DNA of 64,000 nucleotides from Ignavibacteriota bacterium (GCA_025358305.1 JANYJZ010000012.1:9022-73021), one strand, 5' to 3'; counted from the first letter of the stretch, positions 42,519 through 52,704 are shown. Notes: generated by a model from the sequence alone, not told the origin. Numbers and translations are program-made.

Positions 42519-43286
42519 ATGATCGGTGATCATCTCATGCGTGCGGCGGGACTTGCCCTTCTGCTCGTTCTCGCCGCGGCCCCGTCTCGGGCCCAAGACC
42601 AGTGGAGCTGGCCGGACAAGCCGGTCAACCTCCAGGTCCTCCCCCAGACTTGGTCGGGAGAACGGCTGTCCCCCGTCATGAAGGGGTTCACGAACGCCCT
42701 CGGCGTGCGCTGCTCGCACTGCCATGTCGGGGACGAAGGAAAGCCCCTCTCGACGTATGATTTTGCGTCAGACGTCAACCCGAACAAGGATCGCGCCCGC
42801 GAGATGTACCGGATGCTCGGGGACATCAACACGCACCTGAAGAACATCACGCCCAGCGGCGACGCGCGCGTCAATATGTGGTGCAATACGTGCCACCGCG
42901 GAAGGCCGAAGCCGAACACGCTTTCGGAAGAATTGGGCGAACGGTACAGGGCGAAAGGCGTCGATGCCGCCCTTGCGCACTACGCAGATCTTAAGAAGGA
43001 GTACTATGGAAGGGGCGCGTACGATTTCGGCGAGAGCTCCCTGGACGATTTCGGCGACGACCTGCTCGGGAAACACGATGTGCAAGGCGCGGTACGGGTA
43101 CTGCGGTTGAACGCGGACGCATTTCCAGGATCGCCGGACGCGTGGGCGCACCTCGCAGCAGCGTGCATGAAGGCCGGGGACCCGAAGATGGCCCGGCGAT
43201 ATTACCGCAAGGTGCTCGCCATTGATACGCGGAACGACGACGCCAGAGAAATGCTCAAGAAAATAGAGAACGTAGGCGGCAAATGA
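42519..43286 (+). CDS. diheme c-type cytochrome with C-terminal TPR-like helical region
   Basis: ORF frame 42282. The ATG at 42519 follows a GGAGGA RBS. It has a signal peptide and two CxxCH motifs (CSHCH, CNTCH). Confidence 0.75.
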   Translation: MIGDHLMRAAGLALLLVLAAAPSRAQDQWSWPDKPVNLQVLPQTWSGERLSPVMKGFTNALGVRCSHCHVGDEGKPLSTYDFASDVNPNKDRAREMYRMLGDINTHLKNITPSGDARVNMWCNTCHRGRPKPNTLSEELGERYRAKGVDAALAHYADLKKEYYGRGAYDFGESSLDDFGDDLLGKHDVQGAVRVLRLNADAFPGSPDAWAHLAAACMKAGDPKMARRYYRKVLAIDTRNDDAREMLKKIENVGGK

Positions 43287-43315
43287 CAAGGAAGCGTATC
43301 TATCTCATCTGACCC

Positions 43316-44218
43316 ATGAACGAGGACGCTCACGTTCACTCCGTCATACGGCGCTGGCGCCGCCTTCCAGCGGTCGTCCGGGCCCTTCTCGCCGGGGCTG
43401 TCGCGGGCGCCGCGGGTTCGCTCCCCTGGTCCCTGTTCGCATCGGCGAACATCATGTATGGCTCCGCCGTGCCATGGGCGGTCATCCCAACGGCGCTCTA
43501 CCTGTACCTCTACTGGCGATACGTCCAGGGAGAGTGGTGGCCCCGATCGACCGCGGACGCGCGGCGATCAAGCTCCCGCATGAACCGTCTGCCGGAGAAC
43601 GTCTGGGGCGCGGCTCTTCTTGCCGGCGCCGTCGGACTCGCCGCCATTGTGCTGTATCAACGCGTCATGAGCCGGCTCGTCACCCTCCCGCCGCAAACAC
43701 GCCCGGATCTTTCGCAGATGCCGCTCCCCACCGTCATGCTCCTGGTGATCATGAGCGCCGTGGTCGCGGGGGTCGTCGAGGAGATATCCTTCCGCGGCTA
43801 CATGCAGAAACCGATCGAAGAGCGGCACGGACCGGTCCTCGCCATCCTTGCGACCGGCGCCATGTTCGGGTTCGCGCATTTCAATCACCCGGAAGTGACG
43901 ATGATCCTCCTGCCGTACTACATCGCGGTCGCCGCCGTCTACGGCGCGCTCGTGTATTTCACGAATTCCGTCTTCCCGAGCATGGTCCTCCATGCTGTCG
44001 GGAACATCCTGGGGAGCATTGACCTCTTCACGCGGGGCCGATCAGAATGGCAGGCATCTGCCGCCGCCGGTCGGCTCGTCTGGGAAACAGGGCCTGACCC
44101 GTCGTTCTGGCTCTCCCTCGGAGGATGCATCATCGTGGGTGTCGCCGCCGCGTTTGCCTTCGCCAATCTGCGCAATGTCGCACGGGGGTCGGCCGTACCT
44201 GCGGCCTCTCTTGACTGA
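43316..44218 (+). CDS. CPBP-family intramembrane metalloprotease (CAAX protease-like)
   Basis: Motifs EEISFRG, FGFAH and HAVGN in a polytopic membrane protein. Confidence 0.8.
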   Translation: MNEDAHVHSVIRRWRRLPAVVRALLAGAVAGAAGSLPWSLFASANIMYGSAVPWAVIPTALYLYLYWRYVQGEWWPRSTADARRSSSRMNRLPENVWGAALLAGAVGLAAIVLYQRVMSRLVTLPPQTRPDLSQMPLPTVMLLVIMSAVVAGVVEEISFRGYMQKPIEERHGPVLAILATGAMFGFAHFNHPEVTMILLPYYIAVAAVYGALVYFTNSVFPSMVLHAVGNILGSIDLFTRGRSEWQASAAAGRLVWETGPDPSFWLSLGGCIIVGVAAAFAFANLRNVARGSAVPAASLD

Positions 44219-44278
44219 CATCGTGAACTTTCGTATATCGACGTTATCCAATAGTCCAACGCAAGGAGATGGAACCGT

Positions 44279-44740
44279 ATGACCGGACAGCTTCTCGAAA
44301 CATGGGAGATCCACAACAGGATCAACCTGTACCTCCTCGCCGCGATCAAGGAGGCTCATCTGGCTGACATCGCTTCGTCGAAGGGACGGAGCGTGGGTGG
44401 GCATTTTGCGCACCTGCATAATGTCCGGCTCATGTGGCTCAACGCCGCGGACGCCGAGCTCCTCAAGGGACAGACGAAGTTCGAGATGGAGATGAAGGTC
44501 ACGAAGAAGGCGCTCGCCTCCGCTCTCGCAAAGAGCTCGCGAGGCGTCGCACAGCTCCTGGACCGAAGTTTCAAGGAAGGCAAACTCAAGGGGTTCAAGC
44601 CCCACCCGTCGGCATTCCTGGCGTACCTCATTTCCCACGAAAGCCACCACAGAGGGCAGATCATGCTCGCATTGAAGCAGTCGGGCCACGCGGTGGACAA
44701 GAAGATTCAGTATGGCATCTGGGAATGGGGTTCCCGGTGA
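44279..44740 (+). CDS. DinB-family (DinB_2) four-helix metal-binding protein
   Basis: HFAHLHNVRLMW and ISHESHHRGQI motifs. Confidence 0.8.
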   Translation: MTGQLLETWEIHNRINLYLLAAIKEAHLADIASSKGRSVGGHFAHLHNVRLMWLNAADAELLKGQTKFEMEMKVTKKALASALAKSSRGVAQLLDRSFKEGKLKGFKPHPSAFLAYLISHESHHRGQIMLALKQSGHAVDKKIQYGIWEWGSR

Positions 44741-44805
44741 CCGGCGCGGGATCAAGCCACATCGGGAAGAATGACAACGACCCATCACGAACAACGACTT
44801 CTTCC

Positions 44806-46218
44806 ATGAAGAAGATCTTCATCGCAGTCGTACTCCTCCTTGTCCTCGGCGCAGGCTGCTTCGCGCAGGAGAGAGCATCGAGGATCGATTCGCTCATGCG
44901 CACACTGGCGGAGCGGGGCCAGTTCAACGGAAGCGTCCTCGTCGCCGAACAGGGCACGGTGGCCTTTGAAGGCGGATTCGGGAAGGCGGACAAGGAGCAC
45001 AACATCGAGTTCACGGCCTCCACCCCCTGCTACCTCGCCTCTCTGACGAAGCAGTTCACGGCGATGGCGGTGATGATGCTCATGGAACGGCACAAGCTCT
45101 CCTACGACGACCCGCTCTCGAAGTACTTTTCCGCGTTTCCGCCGTACGCTCGGTCGGTCACGATCCGGCACCTCCTCAATCACGTGTCCGGAGTGCCGGA
45201 GTATGTCAGCCTCGGCCTGGAGCATCCTGGCCTCACCAACGCCGAGGTCCTCCGCGCGCTGGTGAAACAGGACTCCCTCGGGTTTCCGCCGGGGAGCAAG
45301 TTCGAATACAGCAATTCCAACTACGTGCTGTTGGCGTTGATCATCGAACAGGTCTCCGGCGAGTCGTACCGGGACTTCATCGAAAACAACATCTTCCGCC
45401 CTCTCGGCATGGATCACTCGTTCGTCGCCGACGGGTCGCCTCGGACGCAGCCTCTCCGGGCGCGGGGATACACGAGGTTTGGGGACCTCGACGATTACAA
45501 CCTCGCGACCGTCGGCGAAGGCGGGATCTACTCGACCGTACAGGACATGTTCACGTGGGATCAGGCGCTGTACACCGAAAAGCTTGTCCACACGTCTACA
45601 CTGGGTGAAGCGTTCACGCGTCCAAAACTTGCCGATGGAAGCAAGTCGGGCTACGGGTTCGGCTGGGGGCTCGCTGATGTGGACGGCGAGACGGTCACGT
45701 CGCACGCGGGGAGATACGGCGGGTTCAACACGTATATCAAGCGCTTTCCGAGGGAACGGAACAGCGTCATCTTCCTGACGAACCATGGTTTTAAGAGTAT
45801 GGGCGCGATCGGCAACGCGCTCATCAGTATACTGAACGACAAGCCATTCGTGCTCCCGAAACGCTCGATCGCCGAATTATTGTACAAGATCTACTCGTCC
45901 GACGGGATGGCGCCCGCGCTGCAGCGATACCGATCATTGAAGACAGGGAACGACACGACATACGATTTCAAGGAGTCGGAACTCAACGAACTCGGCTACG
46001 AGTTTCTCGGGTTGAAACAGACGAGTGAAGCGATCGAGGTCCTCAAACTCAACGCGGAGGAATATCCGGCCTCGTCGAACGTCTACGACGGCCTGGGCGA
46101 AGCCTACATGGACCACGGCGACAACGAACTCGCCATCCGGAACTACAAGAGGTCGCTGGAACTCGATCCCGGCAACACCAATGCCGCCGCCATGCTGAAG
46201 AAACTCCATGCACAGTGA
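44806..46218 (+). CDS. serine hydrolase of the beta-lactamase/PBP4 family with C-terminal TPR repeats
   Basis: ORF frame 44434. The ATG at 44806 gives MKKIFIAVVLLLVLGAGCFAQ (signal peptide). It has the SxxK motif (ASLTKQF) and YSN. C-terminal TPR repeats are present. Confidence 0.85.
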   Translation: MKKIFIAVVLLLVLGAGCFAQERASRIDSLMRTLAERGQFNGSVLVAEQGTVAFEGGFGKADKEHNIEFTASTPCYLASLTKQFTAMAVMMLMERHKLSYDDPLSKYFSAFPPYARSVTIRHLLNHVSGVPEYVSLGLEHPGLTNAEVLRALVKQDSLGFPPGSKFEYSNSNYVLLALIIEQVSGESYRDFIENNIFRPLGMDHSFVADGSPRTQPLRARGYTRFGDLDDYNLATVGEGGIYSTVQDMFTWDQALYTEKLVHTSTLGEAFTRPKLADGSKSGYGFGWGLADVDGETVTSHAGRYGGFNTYIKRFPRERNSVIFLTNHGFKSMGAIGNALISILNDKPFVLPKRSIAELLYKIYSSDGMAPALQRYRSLKTGNDTTYDFKESELNELGYEFLGLKQTSEAIEVLKLNAEEYPASSNVYDGLGEAYMDHGDNELAIRNYKRSLELDPGNTNAAAMLKKLHAQ

Positions 46219-46275
46219 CGACATGCGAAGCGTAGTGTCGCCCGCATATCGATACACAGAGAAAGGATCCACAAA

Positions 46276-46884
46276 ATGAAGACGCTCATTTCCTCCCTCT
46301 CGATCGTCCTCCTCGCGGCGATGCTCGTCTGCAGCCTTCCGGGCCAACAGAAGGCAAAACCGTTCCTCCCCTTCGGTATCTTCCTGGCGAGCGTCGAGGA
46401 GGGGGCCCGGATCTTCACGCCGGTGCGCCTTCTCCCGTTCGACCATCCGGAGTCGATGGGGCATCAATTTCCCAACGCGCTCCAGCTCTTCGGCACGGAA
46501 TTTCAGACCATCATCTGGCTCGGGCAGCAATCGGGGTACCAGTTCGGCACGACGCTTCATCGATACCCGATGGAACCCTCTCCCGATTGGCCGTATCCGG
46601 AATTTTCCCAACTTCCCGATTCGAATGCACTCAGGTCCGCCCCGCCCGTCCGGCGGCCGAAGAGCGATGCGCCCCTGAAGGGCCTCCGGGCCGTCTTGTT
46701 CGTGAACCGGGAGCCCGTCGGCTTCGTCGTCGACACCCGCGGCCTCACGCTCGAGGAACGCGGGATGAAGCGCGCCACTTCCATGGGCTTGGACCTCAGC
46801 CGGGCGGAGTTCCTCGCTGCCCTCAGCAAGGCGGCCGTCTTCCTCAAGAGCCGCGACACCTGTTCGGTGATCTTCGCGCTCTGA
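46276..46884 (+). CDS. hypothetical secreted protein
   Basis: Signal peptide MKTLISSLSIVLLAAMLVCS. No recognisable family. Confidence 0.5.
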   Translation: MKTLISSLSIVLLAAMLVCSLPGQQKAKPFLPFGIFLASVEEGARIFTPVRLLPFDHPESMGHQFPNALQLFGTEFQTIIWLGQQSGYQFGTTLHRYPMEPSPDWPYPEFSQLPDSNALRSAPPVRRPKSDAPLKGLRAVLFVNREPVGFVVDTRGLTLEERGMKRATSMGLDLSRAEFLAALSKAAVFLKSRDTCSVIFAL

Positions 46885-46961
46885 AGACGAGTCCAGCGTT
46901 CGCCGGCAGCGGGTCAACGAAATCACTATACTAGTACACGACATCCATCCAGGAGAATGCC

Positions 46962-47633
46962 ATGGTTTCGTCAACTGACGATCCGCGCGACCGCAAGCGC
47001 GAACCGGTCAAGTTTCTCGTTTTTTCCGCCTCCATGAGGAAGGACTCCCTCAACTCGCGGCTTGCGCGCTTGGCCGCGCGCACGATCGATGCGCACGGAG
47101 CGAAGGCCGACCTGGCCGAGATGAGGGAGTTCGACTGCCCCTCGTTCGATCAGGACGCCCAAGAAAAGATCGGCCTTCCCCAAGGCGCGCAGCAACTTCA
47201 GAAGCGGCTCGAAGCGAACGATGGGTTCATCATCTCGTCGCCCGAATTCAACGCCTCGATGCCCGGCAACCTTAAGAATGCGATCGACTGGGTCTCGCGG
47301 TTTCGGCCGCAGCCCTTTAACGCCCGTCACGCCCTCCTCCTATCCGCTTCGCCGTCGATGGTCGGCGGAAACCGGGGGCTGTGGGCGCTTCGGATGCCGC
47401 TCGAGCATCTCGGTGCGCGGGTGTTTCCCGACATGTTCTCTCTCGCCTCGGCCCATCAGGCCTTCGACCCCAACGGGAACATCGCCAATGCGCCGCTGGC
47501 GAAACGTTTCGAGGACAACATCGTCGCGTTCATGGACCTGGTCGAGGCCGCGAAGAACTATCCCTGCATGAAGAAGGCGTGGGTCGAGTTTCTCGGAGAG
47601 CACCCCGGAACGCCGGCCGACCGCGTGGAATAG
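46962..47633 (+). CDS. NAD(P)H-dependent FMN reductase-family oxidoreductase
   Basis: Flavodoxin-like, with FSASMRKDSLNSRLA .. GFIISSPEFNASMPGNLKNAIDW. Confidence 0.8.
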   Translation: MVSSTDDPRDRKREPVKFLVFSASMRKDSLNSRLARLAARTIDAHGAKADLAEMREFDCPSFDQDAQEKIGLPQGAQQLQKRLEANDGFIISSPEFNASMPGNLKNAIDWVSRFRPQPFNARHALLLSASPSMVGGNRGLWALRMPLEHLGARVFPDMFSLASAHQAFDPNGNIANAPLAKRFEDNIVAFMDLVEAAKNYPCMKKAWVEFLGEHPGTPADRVE

Positions 47634-47759
47634 TCCGACCGTGCTGCGCGATACAACTTCCTCAACCCGCCGGAATGGGCGGGGGCGCCTCGGTCTGAAT
47701 GGAACTTCGTCACACAAAGAACATCACGGCATCACACCAAACTACGAAGGAGGCGAAGT

Positions 47760-48320
47760 ATGAACATCTTCCGGCATTCGGAACGAAGGGCTTTCGCGAT
47801 CGGCATGACGATCCTCTTCTGCGGTTGCTCGTCGACGCACGCAATCCGTTCGGCCGCCTCGCAAGACTCGTTCACGATTGAAAAGATGAATCACGAGCTT
47901 CAGGACGAGGACGCCGTGATCGAGATGCGCGACGGCAACGTGATCGCCGCACGCGATGTGACAGCGACGCACGATTCCCTCTCATGGCACGACGAGCGCC
48001 GCGGAGAGACGTCGAACGCAGACCTACGAGGAGTACGGCGGATCATCAAGAAGGACCATCCCCGCGGCGCACTCGACGGCCTGGAACTCGGATTCCCCAT
48101 CGGCGGCCTTGTCGGCGTGATCATCGGCAGCGCCCTCCACATTCAGGGAACGGCTGAAAGCGGGAGCCAGAACGGCGGCTTCGGCGCACTTGTCGGGCTC
48201 GTTCTCGGAGGCGGAACCGGCTTGATCTTCGGCCCCATCACAGGACTGGTCATCGGGCATAGCGATATCTACGAGTTCCCACTGAATACTTCAAGCGATT
48301 CCTTAGGGACCAGGAGGTGA
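47760..48320 (+). CDS. lipoprotein with C-terminal glycine-zipper membrane segment
   Basis: LFCGCSS lipobox. The C-terminus is GGLVGVIIGSAL..GGFGALVGLVLGGGTGLIFGPITGLVIG. Confidence 0.55.
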   Translation: MNIFRHSERRAFAIGMTILFCGCSSTHAIRSAASQDSFTIEKMNHELQDEDAVIEMRDGNVIAARDVTATHDSLSWHDERRGETSNADLRGVRRIIKKDHPRGALDGLELGFPIGGLVGVIIGSALHIQGTAESGSQNGGFGALVGLVLGGGTGLIFGPITGLVIGHSDIYEFPLNTSSDSLGTRR

Positions 48321-48336
48321 GAGGGTCGGCGGAAAT

Positions 48337-48364
48337 TTGACAAATGTACGTGAAGTAGTATATT
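48337..48364 (+). promoter_or_regulatory. candidate sigma-70 promoter TTGACA-N16-TATATT
   Basis: TTGACA at 48337-48342 and TATATT at 48359-48364. A leader of about 195 nt precedes the DUF4242 ATG at 48565. Confidence 0.35.
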
Positions 48365-48564
48365 CCATCATACCCCCGCACAGTTGCATGAAGACCCGGT
48401 GCGAGACTCGGCTCGCCGGTAGAAGCGTACGACCCTTGTAGCGCTGTTCCTAGTGCGGAGTGTGCACAGAGTTCATCGGATGTACATCTCTCTTGTAACG
48501 GCAACTCCGTCGGGTGAAACGCACCCGGCGATCTCTCAGAATCAACAGGGAAGGGAACTACCAT

Positions 48565-48840
48565 ATGCCACGTTACATCATCGAACGGAACATACCCGGA
48601 GCGAGCTCGCTCTCGGCGAACGAGCTCAAAGGCATTTCCCAGAAGTCCTGCGGCGTCATCACGAAGATGGGCCCGCAGATCCAGTGGTTGCATAGCTATG
48701 TCGCCGGAGACAAGGTCTATTGCATCTATATCGCCGCGAACGAGAAGATGGTCCGCGAGCACGCGCAATTGGGCGGCTTCCCCGCAAATGTCGTCTCGGA
48801 GATCACGTCGATCATCGACCCGATCACCGGCGGCGCTTGA
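48565..48840 (+). CDS. DUF4242-family small protein
   Basis: MPRYIIERNIPGASSLSANELKGISQKSCGVITKMGPQIQWLHSYVAGDKVYCIYIAANEKMVREHAQLGGFPAN matches the DUF4242 pattern. Start is Met18 of ORF 48514. Confidence 0.7.
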   Translation: MPRYIIERNIPGASSLSANELKGISQKSCGVITKMGPQIQWLHSYVAGDKVYCIYIAANEKMVREHAQLGGFPANVVSEITSIIDPITGGA

Positions 48841-48886
48841 GCCGTGCGCGGACCGGGGGCATCCGGTCAAGAGTCCCTGCATCTGC

Positions 48887-49363
48887 ATGAGTGATCTGAT
48901 CTATCGGCGGGCCGGGATCGGCGACGTCGACGCTATGGCGAACATCCGCGCCCAGGTGTGGGGAACGGAGGCATTCTGGGAGGAGCGCATTTCCGGCTAT
49001 CTCCGCGGCGACTATCATCCCCAGCATGCACTGAAGCCGCGCGTCGTCTATCTTGCGCTCGATGACGAATCCTCCAAGGGGTTCATCGCAGGACACCTCA
49101 CGCGCAGATACGGCTGCGACGGCGAACTCGAGTGGCTGAACGTCGTTCCGGAGTCGCGGGGAACCGGCGTCTCTGCGGAACTCTTACGGAAGCTCGCGGC
49201 ATGGTTTGCGGCACAACACGCATCGCGGATCTGTGTCGATGTCGATCCCATGAACGAGCATGCGCGGACATTCTACACACGGCACGGGGCATCCAGGCTC
49301 AACGACCACTGGCTGGTCTGGGACAACATCGCGGTTATCGCCGCCGGTCGGTCGGCGGACTGA
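48887..49363 (+). CDS. GNAT-family N-acetyltransferase
   Basis: ORF frame 48698. The ATG at 48887 gives MSDLIYRRAGIGDVDAMANIR. It has the acetyl-CoA motif SRGTGVSAELLRKLAAW. Confidence 0.8.
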   Translation: MSDLIYRRAGIGDVDAMANIRAQVWGTEAFWEERISGYLRGDYHPQHALKPRVVYLALDDESSKGFIAGHLTRRYGCDGELEWLNVVPESRGTGVSAELLRKLAAWFAAQHASRICVDVDPMNEHARTFYTRHGASRLNDHWLVWDNIAVIAAGRSAD

Positions 49364-49519
49364 CCGCCTGTAGGATCCCGGGCATTGGATGTTGTGCCAA
49401 TGAAGCTTGTTTTATAATCACAGAGTCGCGAAGAAGGTTGCCTGCACCGTCTTGAGGGCGGCGGCGCGCCTTCCCCGCGTATCTCACCCATACATCCAGC
49501 TCACTTAAAGGAGACTTGC

Positions 49520-50563
49520 ATGAAAGCGTTGATTCAATTCCTTGCCATCGCCCTCTGCGTTCTGCTTGTCGCGGCCGCAGCGTCGGCGCAGATCACGATA
49601 ACATCGACAGACGTCGGGCTCGTGTTCAGTCCGGGGCACTCCTTGACCTCGAAGATCGACACTGCGACGAAGACCCTGAACATCGGCACGCTCGGGGCCT
49701 CGAATTGGGACTTTAGTTCGATCGTTTCCAATTTCACTACGTCGGCCACGGTCGTCGCGCCCGACACGACATTCTTCTTCAGCGAGTTCCCGTCGGCGAC
49801 GGTCGCGGAGAAGGCCGGCGGCGTCTACAGTTACTTCCAGCTCGCAACGGACCTTGTCATGCTTGGATCGGGGTTCACGGTTCCGTTCGATGCGCGCCTG
49901 AAGTTGAATCCCGGGGAGACCGTGTACAAGCTCCCGATGACCATGGGCACGAGCTGGACCTCCTCGTACGTCGAAACGACGAAGGTCGCGTCACTCGGGA
50001 GCACGACGACGCGGGCGTACACTCGGGACAATGTCGTCGACGCGTTCGGCAACATGACGCTTCCCGGAGGCGCCATCTTCGCCGCCTTGCGCTTGAGGGT
50101 CGACACCAAATCGGGCAGCGGCCCATCGTACTTCCGGACGATCACGTACCAGTACATCGCAAAGAACGGCGCCGGCGTCTTCGTGTTCCCAGCCGATACG
50201 AGCCAGGCGAGCACGGGAGTGATCAGCGTGAGCAACAGTAGTTGGAACGGCCCCATCGTAGGAACGTCCGTCGAAGAATCGCCCGGCACGGGACTTCCGT
50301 TGGAGTTCGGACTCGCACAGAACTATCCTAACCCGTTCAATCCTTCGACGACGATCCCGTTCTCCGTCGACCGGACCTCGCTCGTCAGCTTGAAGATCTA
50401 CGACGTCCTCGGCCGTGAGGTCGCGACGGTGGTGTCGGAACAACTTTCGCCGGGAAGATATTCCGCGCGGTGGGACGCGTCCGGATTGCCGAGCGGCGTG
50501 TACATGTACCGCCTCCAGGCGGGATCGTCAACGGCTGTAAAATCACTCCTCTTGGTCCGATAG
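49520..50563 (+). CDS. secreted protein with T9SS C-terminal sorting domain
   Basis: Signal peptide. The C-terminus, QNYPNPFNPSTTIPFSVDRTSLVSLKIYDVLGREVATVVS..GVYMYRLQAG..KSLLLVR, is a classic Por_Secre_tail. Confidence 0.75.
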   Translation: MKALIQFLAIALCVLLVAAAASAQITITSTDVGLVFSPGHSLTSKIDTATKTLNIGTLGASNWDFSSIVSNFTTSATVVAPDTTFFFSEFPSATVAEKAGGVYSYFQLATDLVMLGSGFTVPFDARLKLNPGETVYKLPMTMGTSWTSSYVETTKVASLGSTTTRAYTRDNVVDAFGNMTLPGGAIFAALRLRVDTKSGSGPSYFRTITYQYIAKNGAGVFVFPADTSQASTGVISVSNSSWNGPIVGTSVEESPGTGLPLEFGLAQNYPNPFNPSTTIPFSVDRTSLVSLKIYDVLGREVATVVSEQLSPGRYSARWDASGLPSGVYMYRLQAGSSTAVKSLLLVR

Positions 50564-50742
50564 GCGACCGCGGCGCCTCCCCATTCCTTCCTCTGCCACG
50601 ACCGGAGCGCTTGTATGCCAGCGCTCCGGTCGATCCGGGGCAGGCGGACCGCCTTCGTCCGGAACATTCAGTACACTTCACATGGAACGCGTTCATTGCC
50701 AGATCCGCGCGTTCTCTTGACGCACCGTCATACGGAATCATC

Positions 50743-51252
50743 ATGCCATTCACTACGATACTCAGCATCCTCTCCACGACCGCCATCTTCGCTGGCGGCA
50801 TCTTTGCCGCCGTGCAGCTCCGACAGCTCAACCGGCAGCGGGTCCGGGATTCGGCGATGCAGATGCTCCATGTCTTCCAGACCCGCGAGTTCATGGACGG
50901 CTACGAGGTCATCTTCAATCTCCCCATGGGGCTTTCGAAGGCCGAGATCGAGGCGCGCGTCGGGGACCGCATGGTCTCCGTCCTCGTCGTCCTCGGGACG
51001 TTCGAAAGCCTCGGCATCCTCGTCCATCGGGGGGAGGTGCGGCTGGAGCTCATCGACGATTTTTTCAGCGGCGGCATCATTCTCGCCTGGAAGAAGTTCC
51101 AAAATTACATCGTGGGAGTGCGCGAGCTCAACAAGCGCGACACCTTTGGAGAATGGGTCCAATGGCTCGCCGAACAGTTCGAGAAGCGCGAACAAAAGAA
51201 TCCCGCTGTCCCGGCCCATATCGCCTATCGCGACTGGACGGAATCGAAGTGA
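50743..51252 (+). CDS. hypothetical protein with N-terminal TM anchor
   Basis: ORF frame 50470. The ATG at 50743 gives MPFTTILSILSTTAIFAGGIFAAVQL. The rest is soluble. Confidence 0.5.
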   Translation: MPFTTILSILSTTAIFAGGIFAAVQLRQLNRQRVRDSAMQMLHVFQTREFMDGYEVIFNLPMGLSKAEIEARVGDRMVSVLVVLGTFESLGILVHRGEVRLELIDDFFSGGIILAWKKFQNYIVGVRELNKRDTFGEWVQWLAEQFEKREQKNPAVPAHIAYRDWTESK

Positions 51253-51402
51253 ACGCAGCGGTCGTCGAATCCGCCGCGGAGTTTTCACTGACCGAGGGAA
51301 TGACGTATTTTGTCTCCGACAATGCCAGCTCGCACAAGAGCTATTCCGAGCGGGGCGTCAAGCTGCTGATCATAGATGGGGAATTCTTGCAATGAGGAAC
51401 GG

Positions 51403-52140
51403 ATGAAGACGATCGGGCTTATCGGCGGCATGTCGTGGGAGAGCACCGTGCTCTACTATCAGACGCTCAACCGGACGGTGCAGCGGCGACTGGGAGGATC
51501 GCACTCCTGCCAGTGCCTGCTCTACAGCTTCGATTTCGAGGAGATCGCCCGGCTGCAACACGAAGGCCGGTGGGACGTTCTGGCCATGCGCATGGTCGAC
51601 GCCGCGAAGCGCCTCGAAGCGGGAGGCGCGGACCTCCTCCTCATCTGCGCCAACACCATGCATAAGGTCGCCGACGAGGTCCACCGAAGCGTCGGCATCC
51701 CTTTGGTGCATATCGTCGACGCCGCTGCCGAACGCATACAGGAACGCTCGCTGAGCACGCTCGGACTGCTCGCGACGCGCTACGCGATGGAGGAAGGGTT
51801 CCTGAGGGACAGGTACCGGGAGCGCTTCGGCATCGAGACTCTCATTCCCGACGAAGCGGAACGGGCCGACATCCACAGGATCATCTACGAGGAGCTCGTC
51901 CGGGGCATCACGACCGAGGCCTCGAAGCGCAGGTTCATCGAGATCATCGCCCGTCTTGTGGAGCGCGGGGCCCAAGGGATCATCGCCGGCTGCACGGAGA
52001 TCGAAATCCTCATTCAGCAGGCCGACATCGCAGTAGAATTGTTCGCGACCGCGAAGCTCCACGCCGAAAAGGCCGTCGAGCTCGCGCTCGCCACCGACGA
52101 CGACTCACCCACAAGACAGGGAACGCCATGGATAAAGTGA
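51403..52140 (+). CDS. aspartate/glutamate racemase-family protein
   Basis: MKTIGLIGGMSWESTVLYYQ.. and the second half-site GCTEI. Confidence 0.8.
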   Translation: MKTIGLIGGMSWESTVLYYQTLNRTVQRRLGGSHSCQCLLYSFDFEEIARLQHEGRWDVLAMRMVDAAKRLEAGGADLLLICANTMHKVADEVHRSVGIPLVHIVDAAAERIQERSLSTLGLLATRYAMEEGFLRDRYRERFGIETLIPDEAERADIHRIIYEELVRGITTEASKRRFIEIIARLVERGAQGIIAGCTEIEILIQQADIAVELFATAKLHAEKAVELALATDDDSPTRQGTPWIK

Positions 52141-52487
52141 ACATCGCCCACAAACTCTCGCGCTTCAGTGATCACTGGAACCCGCGCATCGTCGGGGAAC
52201 TCAACGGCCAGCATGTGAAACTCGTGAAGCTCAAAGGCGAGTTCATCTGGCATTCGCACGACGACGAGGACGAACTCTTCTACGTGCTCAAGGGGGAGCT
52301 CCGCATGGAGTTCCGGGACCGCGCGGTCACGCTTCGGGAGAACGAGTTCCTCATCGTCCCGCACGGCGTCGAGCACCGGCCCGTGGCGGCGGACGAGGTC
52401 TCCCTCATGCTGTTCGAACCGAAGACGACGCTCAACACGGGCAACCAAGCGAGCGATCGTACCCGAACGCACCTGGAGTCGATCTAG
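52128..52487 (+). CDS. cupin-domain protein
   Basis: A 119 aa protein with cupin motifs (HSHDDEDELFYVLKG.. ..PHGVEHRP). Confidence 0.7.
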   Translation: MDKVNIAHKLSRFSDHWNPRIVGELNGQHVKLVKLKGEFIWHSHDDEDELFYVLKGELRMEFRDRAVTLRENEFLIVPHGVEHRPVAADEVSLMLFEPKTTLNTGNQASDRTRTHLESI

Positions 52488-52548
52488 ACCCCGTTCTCAC
52501 AGCCGAAGACCCCCTCCAAGGAACGCCCCTGCACATCCGCAACCCCGC

Positions 52549-52575
52549 GCTTGACCCACCGTGCTTGACCCACCG
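52549..52575. repeat. tandem direct repeat 2 x GCTTGACCCACCG (1-nt spacer)
   Basis: Copies at 52549-52561 and 52563-52575. Each embeds a TTGACC -35-like hexamer. It lies in the gap between the cupin and NAD(P)H-binding genes. A second short tandem, ATCCTATC x2, is at 52664-52680. Confidence 0.5.
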
Positions 52576-52704
52576 CAAGGCCCACGTGCTTTTGCCCTAG
52601 AATTTTCGTACCTATATCGTACAACCCAGCTGAATTCGGTTTATTTTAGGGCTCTATGGCGCTATCCTATCATCCTATCACCACTGCGAACGACCCGATC
52701 TCGG

